NCBI GenBank assembly: GCA_965205485.1
Contig: OZ242180.1
Location: forward strand, 2,976,001-3,040,000
Direction of reading: 5' to 3'
Length of the DNA: 64,000 nt
Origin: Candidatus Latescibacterota bacterium
GTDB taxonomy: Bacteria > Latescibacterota > UBA2968 > GCA-2709665
Shown one piece after another: positions 11,701-19,887 of the stretch (the first letter of the stretch is position 1; every line of letters starts with the position of its first letter). The translations under genes and the position numbers were made by a program. The notes under the pieces were generated by a model. It was given only the letters and a program-made list of their open reading frames with translations, did not search any database and was not told the origin of the DNA.

Positions 11701-13554
11701 TTCGAACCGGAACCGGCCGGTGGCGTCCACTTCCTCTTTCGTGCCGAACATGGGCCCCGTGGAGCGGTCGCTGACGTACCTCGGGCCCTCCGTGGTCTTG
11801 TCCACAATGAGCGTGCGGACGCCGCCGCAACTCGCAACCGGTCCGGGCTGTTGATACGTGACGATGGCCCCCGGTACGGGCACGCGTGGAATAGCGAAAT
11901 CGGCATCCCGTTCGAACCACAGGATTCGCCCCTTCATGCTGTGCCCGAGATCCTGCAGTTTGAGCTTGGACACCCGGAAGAACTCGGGATCTTCCAGCGC
12001 TTTCAGCAGCATGCCCGTCGCCGTGCGTGTCTGGCGGGCAAGATTGGCGAAGTTGACGTGTTCCAGCAGGTCTGCGGGCGTATCCACCTTCTCGCGCGTT
12101 GTGGACGGGCTCGCAAGCGTAATTCCTTCCTTGCCGACGAATTTGACCGCTTCGCTGTCGAATCCCAGCCTGATGGGCATGTAGTTCTTCCAGGTTCTCT
12201 TCGGCGGCGCAACGGCGTCGACGTGGCGTTCCTCGCCGGGATAGACTTTGGCCAGGTATTTGTTGAATTTCTTCGCATAGGGTGCAAGCAGGTTGTTTTC
12301 GTAGTTGTTCGTGGACCAGTTCGGGTTGATGAACGTCCCGTGTGAGAAACTCGCGATCCGGTCCGTTTCGCTCGACAGGTCGAACCCGACGTACAGACGG
12401 AAATCGATCTTCTGTTCGTCCGGTATCTTCTCCCGGAAGTGGTCGCTTTCCCTGGAATGCCTGAAAAGAAAGTCGTTGATGCCGGCCAACCCCTGGAAAT
12501 GGGCGCCCGTTACCAGGAATTTGACCGTGTACCTCGGCAGTTGCGCAAGCCGGGAGGACGCGTCCAGCCAGGATCGGTCCTTCAACGCCGCCGCGACTTC
12601 GAGAAGGGCGGCCAGTCCTGTGGCATTCTCCGCACCGGGGGCCAGTGCCGGCACGACGGAAATGGCGTCGTAGAATGAACTCAGGACAACCATCTCGTCC
12701 TTCCACTTCCGTTCCTCACGCTCGGTGACGTAATCTTCGGAGCCGGGCAGGGTGGCGTAGATGTTCCAGGTGGGGACCTTTTCCCAGTCCATTCTTGCCG
12801 TGACGTTCACGAGCGCGGCGCCGGACTCCGCCAGTTCCGCAAGCCGTACCGCGTCGTCTCTTTCCACCCAGAACCTCGGTACGTCAACCGGTACCTGGAG
12901 GATCTTCTCCAGTGCCTGTCCTCTGCTGACGCCGCCGTTGTCGTAGAAAATGATGGCCTGCGCACCCAGCATGCGTGGATTGAGATAGTTCTGACCGCAG
13001 TCGAATTGCATCAACGCGATGCTGTTCTTCATCGGCTTCGAATTCAACGCCTTGAAGGAGCCGTCTCCCGCGTCGACCAGCGCGCCCGTAACGCCCTGTT
13101 CCGGAAGAGAAGACGTCTGCACATGATTGGGCCAGAGTCCGTAAAGCCGGATCTTCGCGCCAGTGTCAAGGACTTCCAGTTTCGCGCCCTTGTCGATCGG
13201 CACCGTGACGTGGTGTTCCTCGATCGTAATGTCTTCCAGGCCCAGAACCTCGAAACGGTTTTTGACGTATTCGAAGGCCTTCCTGTGCCCCGGATACCCC
13301 GGCACGCGGGACCCCATCCCCGAGAGAGCGGATACGGTTTCCCGAAGACGACCCTCCGGGATCTGATCGGCGAAATCCTGGATGCGCCGGTCTCTCAGGG
13401 AGGGCCTTTCCTCACGCAACTGGGGAACGCTCGGCCTGATATTGAATACACGTACGAAAAAGTCGGTTACCTGTCCCGGATTGAACACGGTAACCGACGA
13501 AAGCATGAAGATCGCGATCAGCCAAAGGATCACGCCGCCGAGTTTGCGCAGCAT
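8758..13554 (-). CDS. large fusion: degenerate M28 peptidase/PA domain + membrane block + MacB/FtsX-like permease
   Basis: SRVPGYPGH, SSFYD..APGAENATGLAALLE (M28-like); SNLRKRPLRTGLT (MacB-type start); NTMMGAVYERFNEIGIYSAVG and LYPAKKAA (FtsX); CAGGAG RBS before ATG 13554. Confidence 0.85.
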   Translation of the reverse strand: MLRKLGGVILWLIAIFMLSSVTVFNPGQVTDFFVRVFNIRPSVPQLREERPSLRDRRIQDFADQIPEGRLRETVSALSGMGSRVPGYPGHRKAFEYVKNRFEVLGLEDITIEEHHVTVPIDKGAKLEVLDTGAKIRLYGLWPNHVQTSSLPEQGVTGALVDAGDGSFKALNSKPMKNSIALMQFDCGQNYLNPRMLGAQAIIFYDNGGVSRGQALEKILQVPVDVPRFWVERDDAVRLAELAESGAALVNVTARMDWEKVPTWNIYATLPGSEDYVTEREERKWKDEMVVLSSFYDAISVVPALAPGAENATGLAALLEVAAALKDRSWLDASSRLAQLPRYTVKFLVTGAHFQGLAGINDFLFRHSRESDHFREKIPDEQKIDFRLYVGFDLSSETDRIASFSHGTFINPNWSTNNYENNLLAPYAKKFNKYLAKVYPGEERHVDAVAPPKRTWKNYMPIRLGFDSEAVKFVGKEGITLASPSTTREKVDTPADLLEHVNFANLARQTRTATGMLLKALEDPEFFRVSKLKLQDLGHSMKGRILWFERDADFAIPRVPVPGAIVTYQQPGPVASCGGVRTLIVDKTTEGPRYVSDRSTGPMFGTKEEVDATGRFRFEIMRNRFTNQILAFEIDDDGRIISAPDLGTEGEEKFPTRQGYGWWENEMLAVLFKCRSLSVFEIIDSSYLSALDFMTVLNAGDSQPMEYGYYYIENQSIKEGDVTRAAVAFTAINPTTGSPDPIKILMSTGLFGVKYLLTNAPEELLEQPVDKWEVDDELLERSRGEGYPPGVILYPSYKAAKDMWVVDDIRMKQLAQYGITNARLEKLHTHAADALKRARENLAGHDYEGFIAASREAWGLEARGYPEVMSTANDTVRGIIFYFILLLPFSFFCERLLFGFPDITRRLVGFAGIFVLFFIILRYVHPAFKLSSTPYIIFLAFVIMSLGGIAMFIVVSKFGEEVRKMKQASAGTYEADVGRLSATAASIILGISNLRKRPLRTGLTAITLTLLTFTALSFTSVQTSIKFYRLPRDNQPPYPGGLVRDRSWRGLQESVLQYLTSAFKGRATIVPRAWYLSQVRGERAYVNFSRTTDQTSYLGSRDTYVDFDVGITTGKDSFVNGLLGLTAEEPRITGVDRYLMSGRWFEPGETNVCILPNDLAELVGIFPEDAGSAKIEMLGGVFTVIGIMDSEGFNKYKDMDDEKLTPVDTVKEKDDLADAQDQDPRVVAAAPIETFTHLESTNVMILPYDYVRNIGGTLNSVALANFVDSQGNSKGNFLPDVEEFMTRVSLTMFVGHENKVTVYSSIGSTSLSGLGTLFIPILIAALIVLNTMMGAVYERFNEIGIYSAVGLAPNHIAALFLAEATVFATVGAVFGYLIGQVLVLVLFTQAQAQGQLLSLELNYSSLSAISSTLIVMATVFLSTLYPAKKAADMAVPDVTRKWEFPEPEGDRWVFDFPFTVGGAEVLGMYTYLTRVFESYGEGSVGDFVADYVRFTSQDMQGEPQYEINLTCWLAPYDLGISQEVALLAIPTREHNIYKIEVVINRLSGDVASWKRINRGFLNVLRKRFLVWRTIPPELKHQYADEGARILSDKVEEAAV

Positions 13555-13747
13555 CTTCAACTCCTGAATCTTGTGAAACACCAGGGCACCCGGCCCTGTC
13601 GGCGAGTCACGGTAAAGTGCCCGACAGCGGCCCTGCCGGAGATTGGACCGGCATGGACCACAATTCGGACGGTCGCCGAATCCATCCGCCGTTGACCGAA
13701 GGATTCGTTCGAAAACCCGGCCGTTCAGGGCAATTCACAAAATGTTG

Positions 13748-13776
13748 GATATAACAAATAAGAAATCCGTTGTCAA
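13748..13776 (-). promoter_or_regulatory. sigma70-type promoter for the M28/FtsX-OPT operon
   Basis: Minus strand TTGACA-N17-TATATC with a TG extension. Confidence 0.6.
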
Positions 13777-13963
13777 GGCATTTTCCATTGCTCTAATCAT
13801 CTGATTTTTCTGGCCTTCGCGGCTTTCGAAAACGGTGTCCGAGGAGAAGAAAAGAGAAAAACCCCTTGCGCCCGAACACGCATTTTTTATATTGGTGACC
13901 CTCTGTTACGGCAAGTTGAACGGGTTCATCGTACTTATCCTCTCCCGAAAGGAGATGTGCCTT

Positions 13964-14818
13964 ATGACCCGGTGCGCTCCCCGTCTCCTGCGCCCGATCG
14001 CAATTGCGGTTGCCGCACTCTGTCTTTCTTCCTGCGGCGGTCCGGAAAAGAAAATCGAGGAAAAGCTCGCGGCGAATGTACTCTTCTTCGCCAACTTTGA
14101 CGACAGATCCCGTTTTGAGGCATTTACGAAAAAGAAGGGCACGGTCGCTGCAATGGAAACGAGCAGCCCGCCCCGCCATGAGTTCACCGGCGGCAAAGAG
14201 GACGGTTTCGTTTCATTCGCGAACGGCGCGACGTATCTCAGCTATCAGGCCAGGGGCAACTTTCCTTACGGTGCCGGCAGCTCGTGGTCCGGCGGGGTTT
14301 CCTTCTGGTTGAGCGTAGATCCCAACAGCGATTTCAAAGAGAAGTTCCCCGAGCCGTTTTCGGTGGGAAAGAAGTGGGACGACGCCGTCATATTCGTCGA
14401 CTTCGACAAGAACCGGAAGGATCGGCCTCCCAGTGCACTCCGTTTCGGCTGCTACCCTGACAAGACGCAAGCTGTCGGGGAAGAACTGGTAAAGAAGTGG
14501 ACGATCAGGTACGACAGGCTCAACTGGAAGTCCGACCAATGGCACCACATTGTGGTCACCTGGTCCAATATCAACAGCGGAAACGCCGACGCCGAGTACG
14601 CCCTTTTCGTCGACGGCGAGGAAATCGGACGTAAGAAGAATATTCGGCGCGACATTACCTGGAACATGGATGAACTGGCCATCCGGTTCAACAATTACGC
14701 CTATTCCGGCAAGATCGACGAAATCGCAATCTTCAATACCATGCTCGACCCCGCCGACGTCATCTACCTCTATAAGCCCAAGCGACCGTTGAAGGTCCTT
14801 CTGAAGAAAGACAGATAA
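13964..14818 (+). CDS. LamG/concanavalin-like jelly-roll lipoprotein
   Basis: Lipobox LSSC; WHHIVVTW, LFVDG, GKIDEIAIFN; AAGGAG RBS. Confidence 0.82.
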   Translation: MTRCAPRLLRPIAIAVAALCLSSCGGPEKKIEEKLAANVLFFANFDDRSRFEAFTKKKGTVAAMETSSPPRHEFTGGKEDGFVSFANGATYLSYQARGNFPYGAGSSWSGGVSFWLSVDPNSDFKEKFPEPFSVGKKWDDAVIFVDFDKNRKDRPPSALRFGCYPDKTQAVGEELVKKWTIRYDRLNWKSDQWHHIVVTWSNINSGNADAEYALFVDGEEIGRKKNIRRDITWNMDELAIRFNNYAYSGKIDEIAIFNTMLDPADVIYLYKPKRPLKVLLKKDR

Positions 14819-14838
14819 GCGGCGGTCCGATTCCCCCA

Positions 14839-16044
14839 ATGCCGGAACGCGGACCCTGTTCTGCGTCTGACTCTCGTCTCCCCGGGGCGCCTGTGTTAAC
14901 CCGTCTGATCTTCCTCATTCTACCCGGCATCGGATGGTTCGGAAGCCCGGTTGAGGGCGCTGAAGTCGGAGGGAATGAAGCTGAACTGGCCCATTTCCGA
15001 CGCCTGATCAACGTCCGGCCCGAGGACATCCAGGCGAATATGCACTACCAGGACCTGATGATCAGGGCGGACCGTCGCCGGGAATTGCTTACCGAATACC
15101 TCAGGCGCCTGCAGGCCAGACCCGGTTCGGCCGCAAGGCTCTACCTGTACGGACGTCTGTTGACCCGGCCCGACGAGCGGCTTGAATATCTGAAACGGTC
15201 GATTCGGGCCGATTCCCGAATCTTCCATGCGCGGGTCGATCTGGGCAGAACATACTATCACAAAGGGAATTACGACTCGGCTCTGGCGCAATACAGAGCC
15301 GCACTGGAACTTAAACCCGGGTCGGCTTTCGTGCGAAACCTGATGGGTCTGGCCTATTACCATAAAGGATACGCCGATCAGGCAGTTGCGGAGTACAAAC
15401 GCGCCGTCAAGCTGAATGACAAGTTTACGGACGCGTACCTCAATCTGGGCCTTACCTATATTTACACGGGAAAGCCGGACGAAGCCGTTGAAATCTACGA
15501 ACAGGCGCTTCGGTTTCAGTCCGACGCCACGGAGCGCCGCTATATCTACCGAAATCTGGGAATGGCCTACGCCCAGGAAGGGAAACTCGGGAAAGCGAGG
15601 GACGCTTACCTGAAGGCATTGGAGATCGACCCGAATTACGGAGAGGCGTACGTCAGTCTGGGCAATCTCGCGTTTAACCGGGGGGATTACAAAACCGCCG
15701 TCGACACCTATGGGAAAGCGGCTGACGCCGGAGCCGACGATGCCTCCGTCTTTCTGAAACTGGGGGTGTCATATTTCAACATTCGCAACTACGACAGCGC
15801 CATCACCCATCTTCAAAACGCGGTGAGGTCCGATTCACTCCAGATAGACGCCTATTATTACCTGGGCCTGGCATGCTTTCGGGACGGCCGACACGATGAC
15901 GCCCGGGAAGCGCTCGAGGCCTATGTACGCAAGGAAAAACGCATCTCGAAGAATTCCGTCGTATTCGACGCCAAGCAGCTTCTGGATGACCTGAATCGTC
16001 TGCGGATAAGATCATCCATTCCGGGTGCCCAGAAGAAGAAATAG
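14839..16044 (+). CDS. tetratricopeptide-repeat protein, probably exported
   Basis: Multiple TPR units (AYLNLGLTY, YRNLGMAY, AYVSLGNL, AYYYLGLA); exact start uncertain. Confidence 0.88.
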   Translation: MPERGPCSASDSRLPGAPVLTRLIFLILPGIGWFGSPVEGAEVGGNEAELAHFRRLINVRPEDIQANMHYQDLMIRADRRRELLTEYLRRLQARPGSAARLYLYGRLLTRPDERLEYLKRSIRADSRIFHARVDLGRTYYHKGNYDSALAQYRAALELKPGSAFVRNLMGLAYYHKGYADQAVAEYKRAVKLNDKFTDAYLNLGLTYIYTGKPDEAVEIYEQALRFQSDATERRYIYRNLGMAYAQEGKLGKARDAYLKALEIDPNYGEAYVSLGNLAFNRGDYKTAVDTYGKAADAGADDASVFLKLGVSYFNIRNYDSAITHLQNAVRSDSLQIDAYYYLGLACFRDGRHDDAREALEAYVRKEKRISKNSVVFDAKQLLDDLNRLRIRSSIPGAQKKK

Positions 16045-16248
16045 GAATCCATTGGCGAACAGACCGCTGACCAGACCGATTCTGAATGTGTCGCCAGGGG
16101 TCTCAAGCTCTCCGAAACACGCGACAATGAGCATCGACAGAACCAGAGGCGTCACCGGCGTCCAACGTTTGGGTACTCCAATCCATCGGAGAAGCAACGC
16201 TCCCAGAACGGAAAGCGCTGCCACGCCCAGCTGGTTTTCGAAACCCAT
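16012..16248 (-). CDS. small 3-TM membrane protein (holin-like)
   Basis: AGGAGG RBS; upstream TTGTGT-N17-TATATT; three hydrophobic segments with PKRW.P and GL..GL.A.G patterns. Confidence 0.6.
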   Translation of the reverse strand: MGFENQLGVAALSVLGALLLRWIGVPKRWTPVTPLVLSMLIVACFGELETPGDTFRIGLVSGLFANGFLFLLLGTRNG

Positions 16249-16331
16249 GGATTCCTCCTGTTGACTCTGGCAGTATCCTCAGTCGAGCGGACGTACGGGC
16301 GAATCCCGGAACTTCGCTAATATAACGTCAG

Positions 16332-16513
16332 CGCGGCGGGCACACAACCCCAAAGGAAAACGTGCTTGACCTGATCGGGCGGGCCGTGATCCGTCTCCGG
16401 CCACCGCGTACCATCCCCCGAAACACGTCTCTCGTTGCCTGTGATTCTGGCAGTGTTCGCGTCGACTCCACCACAACGGACCCGTCGGAGAGTTCTCCGG
16501 AATATGCCCGTGC
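16332..16513 (-). ncRNA. candidate structured RNA, family unassigned
   Basis: No credible ORF; the minus strand forms a closing helix CGGGCATAT/GTGTGCCCG plus GGAGAAC/GTTTTCC using G-U pairs, with nested stems. Confidence 0.3.
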
Positions 16514-16563
16514 GAGTTGAGTCCACCCAACCCGCGCAATGGCGAAATTTCTGGAGAAATCGC

Positions 16564-16592
16564 TTGACATTGTATAGTGTAAGGTGTATCTT
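16564..16592 (+). promoter_or_regulatory. sigma70-type promoter
   Basis: TTGACA-N17-TATCTT. Confidence 0.7.
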
Positions 16593-16691
16593 CTTCCTGT
16601 ATCAGTGCATTCAAGCTGAGCTGTTTCGGAAATGGTTATTTCTGTTTGACTTGTCGGCAACTTTCGAGGTCTTATCAACCAAGGAGGGGAG

Positions 16692-17294
16692 ATGCGATCT
16701 GTCCTGAGAATCGGCCTTGTTGTCTGTTTTGCCGCAGCCTTCGCGGCTTGCGAACAACCTCCCGAAGAAGAAATCAAAGCCGCCGAAGGCGCCCTCAGCA
16801 AAGCGAAGGCCGCGGAGGCCGACGTCTATGCCGAGGAGATTTTCCGTTCAGCCGCGAATACGCTGCAAGATGCCAAGGACAAAACAGAAAAAGGCGAATA
16901 TAAAGAGGCCAGAGCTGCCGCTATCGAGGCGGAGGAACGCGCGAACCAGTCCGTCTCGCAGGCGGAAACAAACAAAGCCAAGACACGGGACGACGCTCAG
17001 GCGATCATCGATTCGGCTTCTCCAGGTCTGGCTGAAGCCCGTGAATCGCTCAACGCCGCGCCCCGGGGCAAAGGCGCGGATGAGGATCTGGACCAGCTCG
17101 ATGCAGACCTTGGCGAAGCCGAAGCGTCCTTGAATAGTGCAAAGGGCAGCCTCGAGAACGGCATGTTCATGGATGCGCTTGCCCAGGCCCAGGCCGCGGA
17201 AGGCAAGCTGGGTGGAGTACAGGATGCAGTAAAGGTCGCAATGCAGAAGATCGAAGACTGGAAAGAGGAAAACAAAGCCTGGTATCTGCGATAG
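16692..17294 (+). CDS. Ala-rich helical lipoprotein (DUF4398-like)
   Basis: AAGGAGG RBS; lipobox FAAC; PPEEEIKAAEGAL..AKAAEA..YA pattern. Confidence 0.75.
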   Translation: MRSVLRIGLVVCFAAAFAACEQPPEEEIKAAEGALSKAKAAEADVYAEEIFRSAANTLQDAKDKTEKGEYKEARAAAIEAEERANQSVSQAETNKAKTRDDAQAIIDSASPGLAEARESLNAAPRGKGADEDLDQLDADLGEAEASLNSAKGSLENGMFMDALAQAQAAEGKLGGVQDAVKVAMQKIEDWKEENKAWYLR

Positions 17295-17326
17295 TTCATT
17301 CGAATGAATCCTACGCTGTTCAATTT

Positions 17327-17367
17327 GAAAACCGAGAAGCCTACGTTCTTCTCGGTTTTCGAGTTTT
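17327..17367 (+). terminator. intrinsic terminator-like hairpin
   Basis: GAAAACCGAGAAG-loop-CTTCTCGGTTTTC followed by GAGTTTT. Confidence 0.65.
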
Positions 17368-17368
17368 A

Positions 17369-17554
17369 GAAGCTGTTTTAAAATTACCGGTGAGTTCCCG
17401 AGCGCGAGCGAAAGAGCGGCGGTCAAGGCGGGAAAACTCGCCTATGAGAGGCGAGCAAGCGCAGCCTCGATCTCGTAGGACGGGTGGGTTCGACCAACGC
17501 CGACCGGCGCTTTTGCAGCCGCGCGAAGACCGCTGGGAATTTTAAGACAGCTTC
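17369..17554 (+). mobile_element. MITE family A, copy 3
   Basis: Same TIRs; flanks TTA/TTT. Confidence 0.88.
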
Positions 17555-17570
17555 TTTGGTACGCTTTGCA

Positions 17571-18197
17571 ATGCACCGGTTTCGTTTTATCCTGTTTCTG
17601 CCCTTGCTGGTCGCCGTCGCCTGCCGGTCCGGCTCACCCGAGGCCCCGAGTCCGCGTTCCGAGCTGGAGGGCGCCCCGATTCTGTCCTCCAATGCGAAGC
17701 GTCTCAAGGCGGAGGTCCGGAGGCTGGAAGCCGCGCTCGACGGGTTGATGGATGAAAAGCCGGATATCGTCATCGACACGGTACACAATCGCCTGCAGAT
17801 CTGGCGCCGGAACCGTCTGGTTGAGGAAGCGGTGTGCGCGACCGGAAGCGGAAAGATCCTGTTGAGCGACAATCGCAAATCATGGCGGTTCAACACGCCG
17901 AAGGGACCGTTCGAAATCCGGCGAAAAGTGGTGAATCCGATTTGGGAGAAGCCGGAATGGGCTTTCGTGGAAGCAGGTCTGGAGACGCCCGTACTTCCGT
18001 GGGATTTCAGACGCCTGGATCCGGTCGCCCTGGGCAAGTTCGCCCTGGATCTGGGCGACGGCTACGAGATTCACGGCAATCTCTACCCGAATCTGATCGG
18101 GCGAAACATCACCCACGGATGCATCCGTCTGAACGACGCCGACCTCGAGTCGACGTTCGCCATGGCGCAAACCGGAAGCCGCGTCTTCATCTACTGA
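17571..18197 (+). CDS. L,D-transpeptidase (YkuD family) lipoprotein
   Basis: Lipobox AVAC; IVID, ATG, TPKG, P.W.KP.W, and the catalytic IHG...THGCIRL motif. Confidence 0.92.
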   Translation: MHRFRFILFLPLLVAVACRSGSPEAPSPRSELEGAPILSSNAKRLKAEVRRLEAALDGLMDEKPDIVIDTVHNRLQIWRRNRLVEEAVCATGSGKILLSDNRKSWRFNTPKGPFEIRRKVVNPIWEKPEWAFVEAGLETPVLPWDFRRLDPVALGKFALDLGDGYEIHGNLYPNLIGRNITHGCIRLNDADLESTFAMAQTGSRVFIY

Positions 18198-18760
18198 CGC
18201 TCCCTGCCGCCATCCTCGTCGCCTTGTCCACATCGTTGACCCCGACGTGGGCCGGGAGCGTTCCGGATTCGCTCGAACAGGCGCTCCTCAACAGAAAACA
18301 GGCCCTGCACCTCGAACTTCGATTCGTCAGCGAGAACCCCGACGCGTACTATCTCGTCATCGACCTTCCCTCCCGCAACGTCTATCTGAAGGCCGGCGCA
18401 CACATCTTGAGGGTTTGCGCGATACAGCATTATCGGCTTGCGGGAGCGTCGAGCCTGTCGTCATCGCAACTCCGGTTGATCGACCGGATCGAACCGCACA
18501 GTGTCGAACCCGGAAACTCCGGGCTCCGGCTTCGCGGCAGACGGCTGCCGATCGATTTCAGCGGCCGGCTGACAGAGGGTCCCCGGGGTCGTTCCAGGCT
18601 GTATTTTTCTCCTGCCCTGCTCATCCAGCCGCACGAACTTCCCCTGCCGGCCGGGATCTTCGGCATCGCCCTCGCTTCGTCCGACGTCAAGGCGCTGGAT
18701 TCCGCTCTTCGGCCGGGATGCGCCGCGATACTCGTTCCGTCCGTGGATTTCACACCGTAA
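18194..18760 (+). CDS. exported YkuD-like protein lacking catalytic His/Cys
   Basis: Signal-like N-terminus; YYLVIDLPSRNVYLK; C-terminal GIFGIALASSDVKAL..LRPG aligns with HGCIRLNDADLES..AQTG. Only a CTG start (CTGA overlap) is visible. Confidence 0.55.
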   Translation: MTLPAAILVALSTSLTPTWAGSVPDSLEQALLNRKQALHLELRFVSENPDAYYLVIDLPSRNVYLKAGAHILRVCAIQHYRLAGASSLSSSQLRLIDRIEPHSVEPGNSGLRLRGRRLPIDFSGRLTEGPRGRSRLYFSPALLIQPHELPLPAGIFGIALASSDVKALDSALRPGCAAILVPSVDFTP

Positions 18761-18909
18761 CAGTCCGTTGATAGAGTCGCTCTGCAGGCGAGGCCGAGCC
18801 ATTGCGGCCGAAGACAAGGCGCGCAACCGAGTCCCATCGAGCGATTCGGCGAGTGCGCGCAACGCAGGTTTTCGACCGCAAGGGCCGGATGGGCTTTTTC
18901 GACGGGCTG
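18761..18909 (+). mobile_element. MITE family B, copy 2
   Basis: Family B TIRs; exact GTAA duplication on both sides. Confidence 0.88.
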
Positions 18910-18924
18910 GTAAGAGTCTTTCCC

Positions 18925-19872
18925 GTGAAGCAGTTTCTCCTCGCGATTCTGACGCTTGCCCTGACGCGACCCGGTCCGGCTGCCGCGCAAGATGAAACCC
19001 GTTATTCGGAAGACCCCCTGTTGCTTGGCGCCGGCGCAAGACCACTGGGGATGGGCAGCGCTTTTGTGGCCGTAAGTGACGATGCAACAGCCATTTACTG
19101 GAACCCCGCGGGACTTGAGCGGCTCCAGAGACGGGAATTGCAGATACAACATGCCGAGCAGTTCGGCGGTACGGTCAACCACGACGTTTTTACTCTGAGC
19201 GGGCCCTCTCCCCTCGGCGGTTTCGGCGTCGGGCTGACGCGCCTTGGCGTTGACGGCGTCAAGATCACCACACTGGAGGATCCTGCGCTTGCACCGGGTC
19301 CGGACAACCGTCCGGTCGTTTCCCGTGTCGCGAGTACAACCGAGTACCACCTCCATCTTGCGTTCGGCCGAAGCCTGAGGTCGAATCTGTTGGCCGGCGC
19401 CGGAGTGAAGCTCGTATCCCGCAGCCTCGGCACCGGCACCGGATCGGGATTCGGGATCGACGCCGGAATGCTCTATATGCCCCGGGCGGACCTGACTGCG
19501 GGATTGATGATTCGTAATCTCATCCCCATGAAGATCACCTTCGACTCGGGTTCTTCGGACCGGGTCCCGCCGGTCCTCGTCCTCGGTCTTGCGCTCGCAA
19601 GACCTGTTTCGGCGGTCGACGGACGGATCACCTGCAGTGGAAGTGTCAGCATCGGCGAGGAAAAATCCGCCGCTGACCGTTTTCAGGGTGCGAGGGTTGG
19701 CGTCGAATACCTCTATCGGAAGAAGCTGGCTTTCCGTCTGGGCGCAAGGGGGAATCACTTTACCGCGGGCGCGGGCGTCCGGCTGGGTGGACGCGTCGCT
19801 TTCGACCTCGCCTTTCTGGAACACGGTGAATTGGACAACACCTATCGCATCTCGGGTTCCGTGTATTTCTGA
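18925..19872 (+). CDS. PorV/PorQ (UPF0164)-like outer-membrane beta-barrel
   Basis: Signal peptide; GAGARPLGMGSAFVAVSDDATAIYWNPAGL; C-terminal YF. Confidence 0.85.
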   Translation: MKQFLLAILTLALTRPGPAAAQDETRYSEDPLLLGAGARPLGMGSAFVAVSDDATAIYWNPAGLERLQRRELQIQHAEQFGGTVNHDVFTLSGPSPLGGFGVGLTRLGVDGVKITTLEDPALAPGPDNRPVVSRVASTTEYHLHLAFGRSLRSNLLAGAGVKLVSRSLGTGTGSGFGIDAGMLYMPRADLTAGLMIRNLIPMKITFDSGSSDRVPPVLVLGLALARPVSAVDGRITCSGSVSIGEEKSAADRFQGARVGVEYLYRKKLAFRLGARGNHFTAGAGVRLGGRVAFDLAFLEHGELDNTYRISGSVYF

Positions 19873-19887
19873 ACCGATAACTCGTCT

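Noticed and set aside
16012..18760. Prophage lysis cassette
   Set aside because: No endolysin, integrase or virion genes; the neighbours are host envelope genes.
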